Shown: piece after piece, positions 23,633-34,904 of the stretch | Numbering within the stretch: the stretch's first letter is position 1 | Layout: the number at the start of each line of letters is the position of its first letter | From: Utricularia gibba | Taxonomy: Eukaryota > Plantae > Magnoliophyta | Length of the DNA: 64,000 nucleotides | Direction: 5' to 3' | Assembly: GCA_002189035.1 (NCBI GenBank) | Contig: NEEC01000019.1 | Location: forward strand, 1,488,001 to 1,552,000 | Notes under the pieces: generated by a model | What the model was told of the DNA's origin: nothing | Seen by the model: only the letters and a program-made list of their open reading frames with translations | The model's database searches: none | Made by a program: the position numbers and the translations under genes

Positions 23633-25904
23633 ATGCGCACCTCGCGAAAGTCTCCTGCACCTGAAAATCTTATACCAGTCTCTCGTTTACCGATGAAACG
23701 CAAGCTCCTCACAGAGACTGCGACTACGACTACTGTGAAACAAGAAGAAGAAGTCAAATCAACCACGGGTCAATTTCTGAGTTTCACCACGAAACGCCTC
23801 CGATCGACCGTCCGTCGCCGGAGGCAGTTTCGCATTGCGCCCATCGTTCGAAATGCTGGCATCAATTCGCATGCTACGGAAGTAAGCGAAGTATCCTGCG
23901 TATCGAGTGTATCGCCGAATCCGCGAGATGATGATCGGTGTCCTCGACTCATTACGCGATCTTACTCCAGGATAAAGTGCTACGAGAACCGGTGCTGCGA
24001 TCAATCGTCGCTAGTATCGGAGAATTCGTGCCTGGAATCGCATTCTAGATCAATCCTAGAATTTTCATTGAAGCTTAAGAATGAGGATGTGAGCGAATCT
24101 GATGCGCAATCAGTAGAGCAGCTTTCGAAATCTGAAGTGTCCCATGCTCCGTCGTTCTTATCGTCGGAGACGGTCACAGGAAACGAAAGCTTGGTCGAGG
24201 TGAACGGAAATCGGATCATCGTTGAAGTTCAGAACGATTCATATCGGGAATTTAATGATTCGGATTCTGAAAATGAGAATTCACTTGGTAACGACGCGGT
24301 ATCCAGAATCGGTGAAACTGTGACGGGCGAAGATACAAGAATTCAAGGTATTGTTGGATTCAACCTTGATTTGGCTTGCTCTGAGAACTTGCCCAATGAA
24401 GGAATTTACAGTGCCGATGAGGCTGAGAATGAGAACAGCACCTTATCGTCGAAGATACCAAATCTTTCATCGGAATCATGTTTCGATAGTTCAGATTATA
24501 CGCCGTCATTTTGGAGTTATGCTTCTGGAAGTCAGTTTTCTGAAAAGTCTTCAGGAGAAGAGAGTTCTTCACCGACTTATGAAATGCTCATGCTGTTTAA
24601 AACGCAGTTCAATAGATCTAATTTCGCTTCACAAGAAAGTGAACAGCATGATTCTCTGCATATGGATGTAAGGACTCTGTTTTTGATCTCGTTAGCAGAT
24701 ATTGATCTTCTTCATAAGAAAATTATTTGCAATTCGGGAATCTAGGATCTGGGCCTAGAAGATGTAGAGGAGGAAGAACAATACAGAATGATTAGGAAAC
24801 GGGAGAGGAGGAAAAGATATGTTCACAACTACGTAGAGAAGTACAGCGCACTTGAATGCGGTAAATTCATCGTCGAACAGCGGCTGCACATGGTTCATTG
24901 GATTGTTGAGGTCACTGAAGCTAACTCTACTTCTGATTGTAGGTTTTTTCATATTGTTTCCTGATCCAACTGAAGTTTTTTTTTTTTTTTTTAATTTGTT
25001 CTTTCAGCAAGCTACCCTCCAGGAGCTTCAAAAGGAGACCATATTTTTAGGGGTCAATCTACTTGATAGATTCCTTAGCAAAGGATACTTCAAAAGTGTG
25101 AGAAATCTTCAAATCGCTGCCATTGCATGCCTCACTCTAGCAATCAGATTAGAAGAAAATCAGCCCTACAACTGGTACTAGGCATTTACGTTGGCCAAAT
25201 TTGGTGGATCATGTCACTGTTGAATGGTTAGTTTGTGTGATAAATGGCAGCGTAAGGAAACATACATTCCATGTGGGAAACACAAGATACAGCCGATGTG
25301 AGGTGGTGGCTATGGAGTGGCTGGTGCAAGAGGTTCTCAATTTCGAGTGCTTCTTACCAACCTCATACACCTTCTTATGGTAACGTACAACTTTAGAATT
25401 CATATCGCTACAGTAAATTATAAGTGGCTACGTGCAATTGGGATTGTTCATTTGTGTAACAGGTTCTATTTAAAAGCTGCTAGAGCGAATGAATCGGTTG
25501 AAAAGACCGCCCATTACTTGGCGGTTCTTACACTTCTGGGTCAGCAGCTTCTCTGCTATTGGCCTTCTACTGTTGCTGCCGGTCTTGTTATCCTTGCCTC
25601 AATTGCCATGAAACAAGATGCATCATGCAACAGGGTAACAGCGGTACGCACCATACAATATTGTGATTTCGCACATCAATTTAAGAGAAAGCACAACTTC
25701 GGAGATGAAACCGTAAATGTTTTCTAAACTTTCAAACTGGCAATACAGATTCATGCAAGACAGAAAGATGATGATCTACCTAACTGCATAAAGGTAATCA
25801 ATGATCCAGTTTATACGTCATTCTTTGCTGGTATGCTCACAATCCAAATGGCTTAACTTAAGATTGTTACACAGAGCATGGAGTGGTTGGTGAAGTACAT
25901 CTGA
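23633..25904 (+). CDS. SDS: Meiotic cyclin SOLO DANCERS (start may be 23633 or the next ATG, MKRKL)
   Basis: Long S/E-rich exon 1 with SDYTPSFW...SGSQFSEKS; cyclin box [12 protein letters not shown]|...[44 protein letters not shown]; ends SMEWLVKYI*. Confidence 0.92.
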
Positions 25905-26129
25905 TTGACAGTGCGTTTCCATCTTTCCACGGCATTCATGAGACTGGTTTCGGGACCAGGTACCACACCATCTGCCATTCTTTTTATGTGTAGGAAGCAA
26001 CGATCATAAAATGTCCGTTGGCGATTCATTTAAAAGATGATATGCAATCCATAAGCACATTCTTTAGCTAATATAATAATATGGAAAAGGAAGCTATTAG
26101 ATACCAGGAATGTTATTACTCTTCTTTGT

Positions 26130-26660
26130 TTGAATTCTTTACCTAATCTACCCTCTGCTGGTTGTTTTGCAACATTCCCTGAAATTGAAAATTACAAGCG
26201 AATCAGAGAAGAACTGAATGCTCTAAAATTTCACTAAAAAGCATGGTGAGGAACCACGGCAGCGGATAGGGCATCCGGTAATAGCAACAAGTTGAAGAAG
26301 ACATGTACCTCCAAAAGCTTCAGAAATACATTGCAGTCCCATACGCAAATCCCGCTCTCCGAAGTACCGTAAAAAGCAATAGCATTTCATCTTCCCACAC
26401 CACGCAGGTAACAATCGATCTAACTAACCAATCCATATTAAAGAAAAAGCAACCGATCTGTCAGAGAATATAAGTAAAACTACCGTAATTAGGGCAGTTT
26501 AGACTTCGAAGCACAGCGATTGTGATCAGGGAGGTGGGAACGTTATACCAGACGGAATGGAAGGGGCAACCGTGTCACCGGAAGCCGACGAGACTGACTG
26601 TGCCGGTGATTAGATGGCCGCCGGCGGTGACTGTGGGATGTAGTGTACGAAAAATGATGG
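26130..26660 (-). pseudogene. ASB-like: Anthranilate synthase beta subunit (class I GATase) remnant
   Basis: Minus strand gives PNYGSFTYIL*Q (cf. DNYDSFTYNLCQ) and GIC[frameshift]MGLQCISEAFG|G (cf. GVCMGLQCIGEAFGG) followed by a GT donor. The intervening sequence is missing and stops are present. The duplicate at ~29800 reads NYGSFTYNL. Confidence 0.65.
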
Positions 26661-27674
26661 ATTTACCCATCACCGAGAGACTCGGAAGTAGAAGTATGCG
26701 AACTGCAGGGGATTCAATTTTGACTTACTGCAATTTTTTATTGGTAAAGCGTCATTTATATCGCAAGCATTTAAATAAATGAAAAAAATCTACAAATAAA
26801 CATATTTAATAAATTTAAAGTCTATTAATTAATAAAAAACATTTTTAAACATAATTAAAAATTATATATTTTTATCTTCTACACAAAAAGTCTAAACCCA
26901 AAGATTTGGAACATCTTTTTATATTAACCATGAAAAACGATAAATATTCTGATTTTTATAATAATAAGTTTTATCTTTCAATTGATGATATTAAATATGA
27001 TTATAACATTAAAACATAAAATAAATATAGCAAGTATAAAATATAACTAAGATAACCTTAAAGTGGTGTATGGTTGATAATTTTTATTATTTAAATATCT
27101 ATATATCAATAATAATATATATTTGATAAACTAGTTTAACAATACATAAGTATTATACAAAATAAATATAAAATACTTTGAGTTTAGTATTTTAAAACTC
27201 ACTTTTTTGTTGAAAAATTCAAATTTTAAATTATTTATTTTAAATATAAATAAATATTTTATTTATCTATTTTGTTGATATATTTATTGTTGATCACCTG
27301 TGCGTTGTGATATTCTTTGAAGTTCCTTTGTTTATTTTTTATGATTGTATTTGTTAATCAGAAGATTTTCATGAATGTTGGAATATGTAATTATGGTTTT
27401 TTTATTATTATTTATACTTGATAAAATCATGAATAATTAATCTTTATATAGAACTACAGCCTACTTAACACCTGATTATATTATATAATATTTTAATCAT
27501 ATCATGTTACATGGCAACATTTCCTAGTTTAGAGTAATATCTATATCTGATTACAAATCAGAATGTTTCCATATTTCAGGGCATCTGAATCCCTATAAAA
27601 AGAGGGTTGTTTTCGTTAAAGTAATTCTTCACACAGACTAACAGCCTAACCCCTCTTGCCGACTTGTTTTTCCA

Positions 27675-28538
27675 ATGGATCGCCTGGCCGCTCCTTTCGT
27701 GTCTGCGCCTTTCCCGATGAATATCCATGCTCCTCCATACGTGCCACTAAGTTTGAGGGAGTTCATACTTCCACAGATTTTCGAAGCTCCTCAGGGGTTG
27801 GATCCCCTGGCCCCTCCTTCCGTGCCTGCGACTTTCCCGATGAATATCCATGCTCCTCCATACGTGCCACTAAGTTTGAGGGAGTTCATACTTCCACAGA
27901 TTTTCGAAGCTCCTTACGGGTTGGATCCCCTGGCCCCTCCTGTCGTGCCTGCTCCTTTCCCGATGAATATCCATGCTCCTCCATACGTGACATCAAGTTT
28001 CACACAGTCCGTCGTTCCACAGATTTCCGAAGCTACTTACGGGTTGAATCCCGACGCTCCACCCTTCGTGCCACGTTTCAGAGGCTTTTGGTGCTATGTG
28101 ATGTTTCCTCGTAGTGAGAGTATTTCCTCCGATGAAGAACTGGAGGTTCTGGACAAACCCATCGTTGAGGGCAATGAGGTTGGTTCGAACCAGAGGAGCA
28201 GCGAGACGGAGGACGCGGCCTTCGCGGAGGAGATCGAGGAGGATGAACCTGCGCATGACGAACATCAAGAAAGGTTACTGAGGAGGTATCAGAGGATACT
28301 AATGGAGAGCATGACACTGAAGAACAATTGGGAAATTGAAGCCATTGATGAAGAGGGGCAGTCCAACATCTGCGTCGTTTGTCAGGAGGGCCTCTGCGAC
28401 GACGACGGCGGCATGATCGGAATCCTGGACTGCCAACATGAGTTTCATTCCGCATGCATCAAAAAATGGCTGGAAGCTAAGGACAAATGCCCCCTCTGTC
28501 GCGCAAGAGTCAAGGTTTCTCTGAACCGTCGTCGTTGA
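27675..28538 (+). CDS. Intronless RING-H2 E3 ligase with N-terminal 3x41-aa repeat of PAM2-like motifs (copy 1)
   Basis: C3H2C3 RING CVVC...CQHEFHSAC...CPLC; acidic linker; 3x123-bp internal repeat; upstream TATAAAA near 27595. Confidence 0.88.
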   Translation: MDRLAAPFVSAPFPMNIHAPPYVPLSLREFILPQIFEAPQGLDPLAPPSVPATFPMNIHAPPYVPLSLREFILPQIFEAPYGLDPLAPPVVPAPFPMNIHAPPYVTSSFTQSVVPQISEATYGLNPDAPPFVPRFRGFWCYVMFPRSESISSDEELEVLDKPIVEGNEVGSNQRSSETEDAAFAEEIEEDEPAHDEHQERLLRRYQRILMESMTLKNNWEIEAIDEEGQSNICVVCQEGLCDDDGGMIGILDCQHEFHSACIKKWLEAKDKCPLCRARVKVSLNRRR

Positions 28539-28795
28539 TCACCTTGTTCATCTGAATGCCCTGTCAGCACCTTTGTATCTTGGATCCAGATTGCAATGAA
28601 TATTAGAGAATGTTCACTTTGGCATTGCATTGAATTGTTTCCTTTTTTTATTTTTCAATCCGTTATATTTTTCTCAACGCTTCGCGGCAACCAGAAGAAT
28701 CGATGGGGCCAGCTTCGGTTTCCTTTCAGTAGTATAAATTGATTTGACCGAAGGAGTAGTGAAATTAGAACAGGTGAGATATTTATCGATCAACT

Positions 28796-29359
28796 ACGGC
28801 GGCTTTGAGCGTTTCCCCGGTCTTGACTTCTCCGCGAGACGACGCTACGCAGCTATACCGCGCGTTCAAAGGTGATGCGCAACTCTTCTTCTTTAATTCT
28901 GCTATCAGGAGATTTTATTTCGTTGTTTGTGTTAGAAATTTGAATGCTGAAGGTCAATTGTGTTGTTCTAGGTTTCGGTTGCGATAAGGAGGCCGCTATC
29001 AACGTTCTTGCTCATCGGGATGCGGCGCAGCGGCAGCTGATCGAAAACGAGTACAGAATGATGTACTCTGAGGAGCTTTCGAATCACCTTGCGAAAGAAC
29101 TCCACGGCGATCTCGAGGTACGGTGATGGAAATGGAATCAGCGACTTTGAATGTGTTTTTTAATCTTGAATCGTTGGTTGAGTTTTTTTTTTTTTCGTAT
29201 TCAGACTTCAGAGAGCGTTTTTGATGTGTTGTCTGATCCGGCTTCGCGTGATGCGATCATTTTGAGGAAGAGTTTATCTGGTGAAATAATTAATCTAAAA
29301 ACTGCTACTGAATCATATATATGCTCCCGCAGTTGTGCGCAGCTTCAACTCTTGAAGCA
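28796..29359 (+). pseudogene. 5'-partial annexin D5 copy (exons 1-3), start codon ATG>ACG, truncated
   Basis: ACG GCG GCT TTG AGC versus ATG GCG ACT TTG AGC in the intact copy; indels in exon 3; homology ends at TTGAAGCA (29359). Confidence 0.88.
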
Positions 29360-29360
29360 C

Positions 29361-29701
29361 AACATACATTCCATGTGGGAAACACAAGATACAGCCGACA
29401 TGAGGTGGTGGCTATGGAGTGGCTGGTGCAAGAGGTTCTCAATTTCGAGTGCTTCTTACCAACCTCATACACCTTCTTATGGTAACATACAACTTTAGAA
29501 TTCATATCGCTACAGTAAATTATAAGTGGGTACGTGCAATTGGGATTGTTCATTTTTCTAACAGGTTCTATTTAAAAGCTGCTAGAGCGAATGAATCGGT
29601 TGAAAAGACCGCCCATTACTTGGCGGTTCTTACACTTCTGGGTCAGCAGCTTCTCTGCTATTGGCCTTCAACTGTTGCTGCCGGTCTTGTTATTCTTGCC
29701 T
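29361..29701 (+). pseudogene. Direct duplicate of SDS internal exons/intron (source 25259-25599)
   Basis: Near-identical sequence from AACATACATTCCATGTGGG to GGTCTTGTTAT(T/C)CTTGCCT; ORF 29419..29703 mirrors ORF 25317..25727. Confidence 0.92.
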
Positions 29702-30146
29702 AAAAAGCAATAGCATTTCATCTTCCCACACCACTCAGGTAACAAATCGATCTAAGTACCCAATCCGGATTAAAGAAAAGCAACCGATTTTTCAAGAGAT
29801 TATAAGTAAAACTACCGTAATTAGGGCAGTGGAGGCTTCGAAGCACAGTGATTGTGATCATTGAGGTGGGAACGTTGTACCCGATGCAATGTAAGGGGCA
29901 ACCGCGTCACCGGCAGCCCACGAGACTGACCGTGCCGGTGATTAGATGGCCGCCGGCGGTGACTGGGGGATGTAGTGTACCAAAAATGACGGGTTTATCC
30001 ATCACCGAGAGACTTCGAAGTAGAAGTACGCGAACTGCAGGGGGATTCAATTTTGACTTCCTGCAATTTTTTATTGGTGAAGTGTTATTTATATTTCAAT
30101 AGCATTTAAATAAATGAAAAAAATCCACAAATAGACATATTTAATA
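29701..30146 (+). repeat. Direct duplicate of 26370-26820 (includes the 5' part of the ASB pseudogene)
   Basis: TAAAAAGCAATAGCATTTCATCTTCCCACAC...TTTAATAAA(T/C)TTAAAG shared; ORFs 26522 and 29848 are paralogous. Confidence 0.9.
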
Positions 30147-30310
30147 AACTTAAAGGTATGAATATCATAGGCCTGATTCGTGTATCATAAATCGGGACAT
30201 GAAATGAAACACAACACCACACAAGAGAAGGAAGCAGCAACAGACACTTTCTTTCGACATGAAACGAAACCACAACTTCGACGCAGAAAACACCGAGAAC
30301 AAAACGTGGA

Positions 30311-31342
30311 TCATTGCACGAGCTTGGCCATTCCGAAGGCAGCCGCAGAAGCAATCGCCCCAATGGCCGTAGTCTCCAGCGCGCTCTTGAACGGCCTGCC
30401 GCCGGTGAAGCAGCCCTTGATGTAGCCGAAGACGAGCAGCGCGACGAGCGTCAGCACGACGGAGGCGAAGACGGCATCCCCGCTTGTAGTGAAGAGCATG
30501 TAAGGGAGGAGGGGGAATATCCCCCCCACAATGTAGGCTATGGCTATTGTCGCTGCACTTTGGACAGCTCTATGCGGAACTGGCTTCTCCAGTCCCAACT
30601 CAAATCTGCACAAGTCATGAACTTGAGTTGTAAATTCACAGTATCAGGGGGCTATAGATTTTGTGACAGGGGACTGAAAGCAGCATGAAAAGAAAAGGTG
30701 TTGAATACCCATTCTGCAGACAATGAGAGGTGCCCATCTCCCCCAAAATCCCCAAAATAAAAACAAGTACTCACTTCATCATAAAATCAACCCATGCTTT
30801 TGGGTTCTTTCTGAGAGAATTCACCACTGGAGTATACTCATGAGGCTGGACGCCATAGGCGGCCAAAATTTCTGCAACCTCAGCAGCTTCTGCAACTCAA
30901 CAACAACAAAAAAAACTTCATTCCACATGCATTTTAAAAATTATTTTATTGATAGGGAGACCTGTATCAGGCACTGTGATGATCTCCTCTTCTTCCCTTT
31001 CCTGCTCTCTCATGTAGTGGTCCTCTTCGCTCTTGGCCGCAAGGTAGCTGCCCACACCGCACAATGAAGAGTGGGGAACGAGGCATCACTATCAAAAAAA
31101 CCAAGTGCTGGAATGAATGTATACCCTCCGAGACCCATGGAGATGGCGCCCGCGGCGACCTCCGCCAGCCCGGCGGTGAGAATCAGAGACGGCGAGACCT
31201 TGGCGCCGGAGAGACCGGCGGCGAGGGCGAAGGGCACAGTGAGGCCATCGGAGACTCCGATGATCACATCGCGCACGACCTGGTTCGCCGTGAAGTGCTT
31301 CTCCTCATGGTGGTCGAGTAGCGAACGGTCCACTTGATCCAT
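30311..31342 (-). CDS. VIT1: Vacuolar iron transporter 1, 4 exons
   Basis: EKHFTANQVVRDVIIGVSDGLTVPFALAAGLSGA...AGLAEVAAGAISMGLGG|YLAAKSEEDHY...|EAAEVAEIL..|FELGLEKP...AIASAAAFGMAKLVQ*. Confidence 0.96.
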
Positions 31343-33474
31343 TCCCCTCCGATCACGTTGCGACTTTTGGAAGGGGAAGGCTCCATGCCTCCATGGGCGG
31401 CACGCCATTATATAGACCTCCGAAATTCCTTATAAACTATTAAATTATATAATTAAATATGGATTTATTAAATTATAGTTTAATTGAACCCAAAAATATT
31501 ATCCTTATTTTTTAATACAAAATTGCATAAAAATATTCCCTTACTATAAACTTAGAAAAATAATTAATCGGAACAATTACATGAAATAAACCAAAGTAAA
31601 TTGAAAGTAATGAAATCATTAATTAAAAAATATTATATTATCGGTTTTATTTAAAGTTAGTTATCTTATTAAGTTTTAAGTCTGGTCAATAAAAAGATAA
31701 ATCCACGTCAAGCAAGCGTTGTCATGACAACCTTTTTATTAAAAATAAATAAATAAATATTAAATGGATTGAAAAAGGCCGTGACAAGGGATGTGTGGGT
31801 TGGGCGTCCCATAGCCTCCTGGTAAGTGCAGGAGCACGTGCTGCATTGCTTCACTCTCTCCCTAACTCACAACACACAACACACATCCCCTGGGTTCGGG
31901 TCGGGTTCGGGTTGGTGGTGTAACGCCCTGACCAAAATCAGGCACGAATAGTGTACCGGAAGTAATTAAGTAGAATGATTATACAAATTCTATACCAAAT
32001 ATTTTTTCGAATAAAGAAAGAATTTTCTTGATAATTATTTTTCAATTAAGTATGTTTTATTTTTTCATAATAAATTATTATTTAAGAAAGTGTTTACATA
32101 AATATGAAAATAACTTAAAATTATGAGGGTTGAGAGCTAAATTATATAATATCGTACAAATATTACATGAATGGTTATAGTTGATAGGATAATTGCGTGG
32201 TGGTATGTAGATGGTAGTTGTGTGAGGTTAAAATTGTCAGTTCAAAGCAGGTGAATGAATGTCAAAGTAAGTAGTTGAAAGAAAAGGATGGCGTCCTCTC
32301 GTATTCATGTGCTACGGTTAAAATAACAACAAAAACAATGATGATTATTATGGATAGGTGGTGAAGTGTGATGATGTGTGTGTGTGTTGTTGTATTAAAA
32401 TGATGATAATTTCAGAAGAACAAGTGAATGAAATGGGGTTGGTGATGCTGTAAGGCCGACGCGACTGGTCCCATCAGCTTAGCTTTTAACTTCATGGGAG
32501 TGTGTGCGGTGCACGACGGGCTACGTGGACGCCCCGTTGGTCGCGTCTTGCAGCCTGCCGCGTCGACAACAGAGTGCCGTCATCGGTGGAGACAACGCCC
32601 TCTTCGCCAATCAGCTGCGATCATGAAACGGGGACCCTTGGGAACAATACGACAATCCTGTTGATGAGATTGAAAATCACGGCAGAATGGGGAGTTGTGT
32701 TTGATGAAATTTGTAGGCGTGTGAATGTGGGTGGGACGCACCGCACGCCCCAGTTCGTGTGCGGTGGGGGCCGCAGATCGATATTGTTCCCTTTGTCTCC
32801 GGGAGCAAATTCTCAGTCCCTCGCATCCACCGGAAGGGACGGCGCGCAGCGCTACCGTTGGCGGGCACACGGATTTTGGGGATTTTGGTTGTATTTTGCA
32901 ACAACCACAACACCCACTATTAAAATCGATCAATTTAGATTCAATTCTTTTTATAACATGTAGAATTGATATTAATAAGTTATAAAAATAATTATCTAAA
33001 GTAAAGATTGAATCGAATTTAATCATGAATTTAAAGAAATAAATTATGTAAACAATAAAATTAAAAATGGCTCAATTAATGGAGTCCAAAAATAAATCAC
33101 ACTACTGGTTTTTCCTTCTATCTTAACACCAAGGATAAAAAAAAAAAGAATAAGAACGATTCTCCATAATGGATATCTGGATTCTTGCATTTGAGATTTC
33201 TCTTGTGTTAAAACAAAAACATACAAAATATCGTTTCTATGGAAGATTTCAAACAAGGTGGTGCAATCAGCAATACTAAATATACCATGCGAAGGATTAG
33301 TTAGACAGCGGATTTGGTCTTATATTACAAACCCAAGGCGCATCACCGAAGTAAAGAAGCAGAAAAGATGCCTGGCACGACCTATCATCATGCTCATATT
33401 GCCCAATTTTTTTCTAGGAACATGCAGAAGAGGAAGAAGCATGAACGTTAGAGGGGTCATCACCCGGGAGCCGT

Positions 33475-34904
33475 TCAGCGATACGTCGGCCCCAAAAGTG
33501 AAAGAAGGAATGCCCTGTAATGGCTGGATGTTTCTGCGTGAACTGCATCATTTAGTGGCGTGTGATACTTCTTTTGGTACTCTGCTTTTATGTACTGCAT
33601 GTCGATCTCTGTTCTGGTCACTATGACTCTTGTGAGAGTGGATTCATCAGTTCCAATGCCCTTCATTGAGTGATGCAGCAACTGTGGAATTTGCAGGAGA
33701 AATTCAGCATCATGAGGAATATATGTAAGATGTATAACACTGAAACACCCTTCAAGCAAGTGCAGAGAGGTGCAGTTCGGTCAATACCTTTGCGAAGTAC
33801 TTGGCAGGATTCAGAGCACATTGCAAAATTGTCAATAGGGCGAACTCGAAGAGGCCTGATGTTTCCCTTTTAACTGCCTGAAGGAGACGACGTGTTTAAT
33901 GTGTGGTATATGAATCAATTCGTGGGAGATCGTAACGAGCCTACCTTTTTCAGAGAGCGGCCGTACATTGAGTGATAAGCAGAAGCCACGGCAGCCAAAC
34001 GTCCAGGACTAGACTCGGAAAATATGTGTATGAATGTTTTCTCATCGGTTCCCAGCCTCCTTTCTCCAGCTTTGTAGAGTGACTTCGCATCGTGCTCTGC
34101 TCCTGCCCTGTCCACAATTGGACCTTCAAAGCGTACTTTACTGACGTAAGCCAGAAGCAACTGCAGCATTGGTGATGCTAGGACAATCAGTGAGTGATTA
34201 TATTACGCAGCACAAGGATAACCATCAAATATGCTTTCATGTTCTGGTATCATAGCAAGACGAGAATAATGACCTTTTTCAAATCACCGGTTATTTGACA
34301 CTCAATGTCTTGTTCAAGATGAAGATGAAATCTAGTAACGTATATCTGCTTCAAGTGTTGAAGCTGCGCAGAGCTGCGGGAGCATATGACTTCAGTAGCA
34401 GTTTTTAGATTAATTATTTCACCAGATAAACTCTTCCTCAAAATGATTGCATCACGCGAGGCCGGATCAGACAACCACATCAAAATCGCTCTCTGAATAC
34501 GAAAAAAAAACTCAACCAACGATTCAAGATAAAAAAAAAAAAAACACATTCAAAGCCGCTGATTCCATTTCCATCACCGTACCTCGAGATCGCCGTGGAG
34601 TTCTTTCGCAAGGCGATTCGAAAGCTCCTCAGAGTAAATCATTCTGTACTCGTTTTCGATCAGCTGCCGCTGCGCCGCATCCCGATGAGCAAGAATGTTG
34701 ATAACGGCCTCCTTATCGCAACCGAAACCTAGAACAACACAATTGATTTTCAGCATCCAAATTTCCAACACAAACAACAAAATAAAATCTCCTGATAGCA
34801 GAATTAAAGAAGAAGAGTTCTGCGTCACCCTTGAAAGCGCGGTATAGCTGCGTAGCGTCGTCTCTAGGAGAAGTCAAGACCGGGGGAACGCTCAAAGTCG
34901 CCAT
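33475..34904 (-). CDS. ANN5: Annexin D5-like, intact, 6 exons
   Basis: [26 protein letters not shown]|FGCD...LAHRDA.QR; [18 protein letters not shown]; [30 protein letters not shown]. Confidence 0.95.

Larger units (their letters stand above)
26810..29359 (+). repeat. Left arm of a ~2.5-2.9 kb inverted segmental duplication (partner 34347-37238)
   Basis: Reverse complement aligns through AT-rich upstream DNA, the RING-H2 gene and annexin exons 1-3. Flanks are about 85-90% similar by eye, with indels. Confidence 0.9.

Noticed and set aside
27656-28455. Overlapping ORFs on other frames/strand of the RING gene (e.g. 27656..28114, 28078..28455 and their mirrors at 35585-36456)
   Set aside because: They are shadow frames of the real CDS; useful only as evidence of nucleotide identity between the copies.
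31343-31408. N-terminal extension of VIT1 from the ATG at 31408
   Set aside because: That ATG overlaps the probable TATA box (TATATAA on the minus strand at ~31407-31413), so it is likely upstream of the transcription start.
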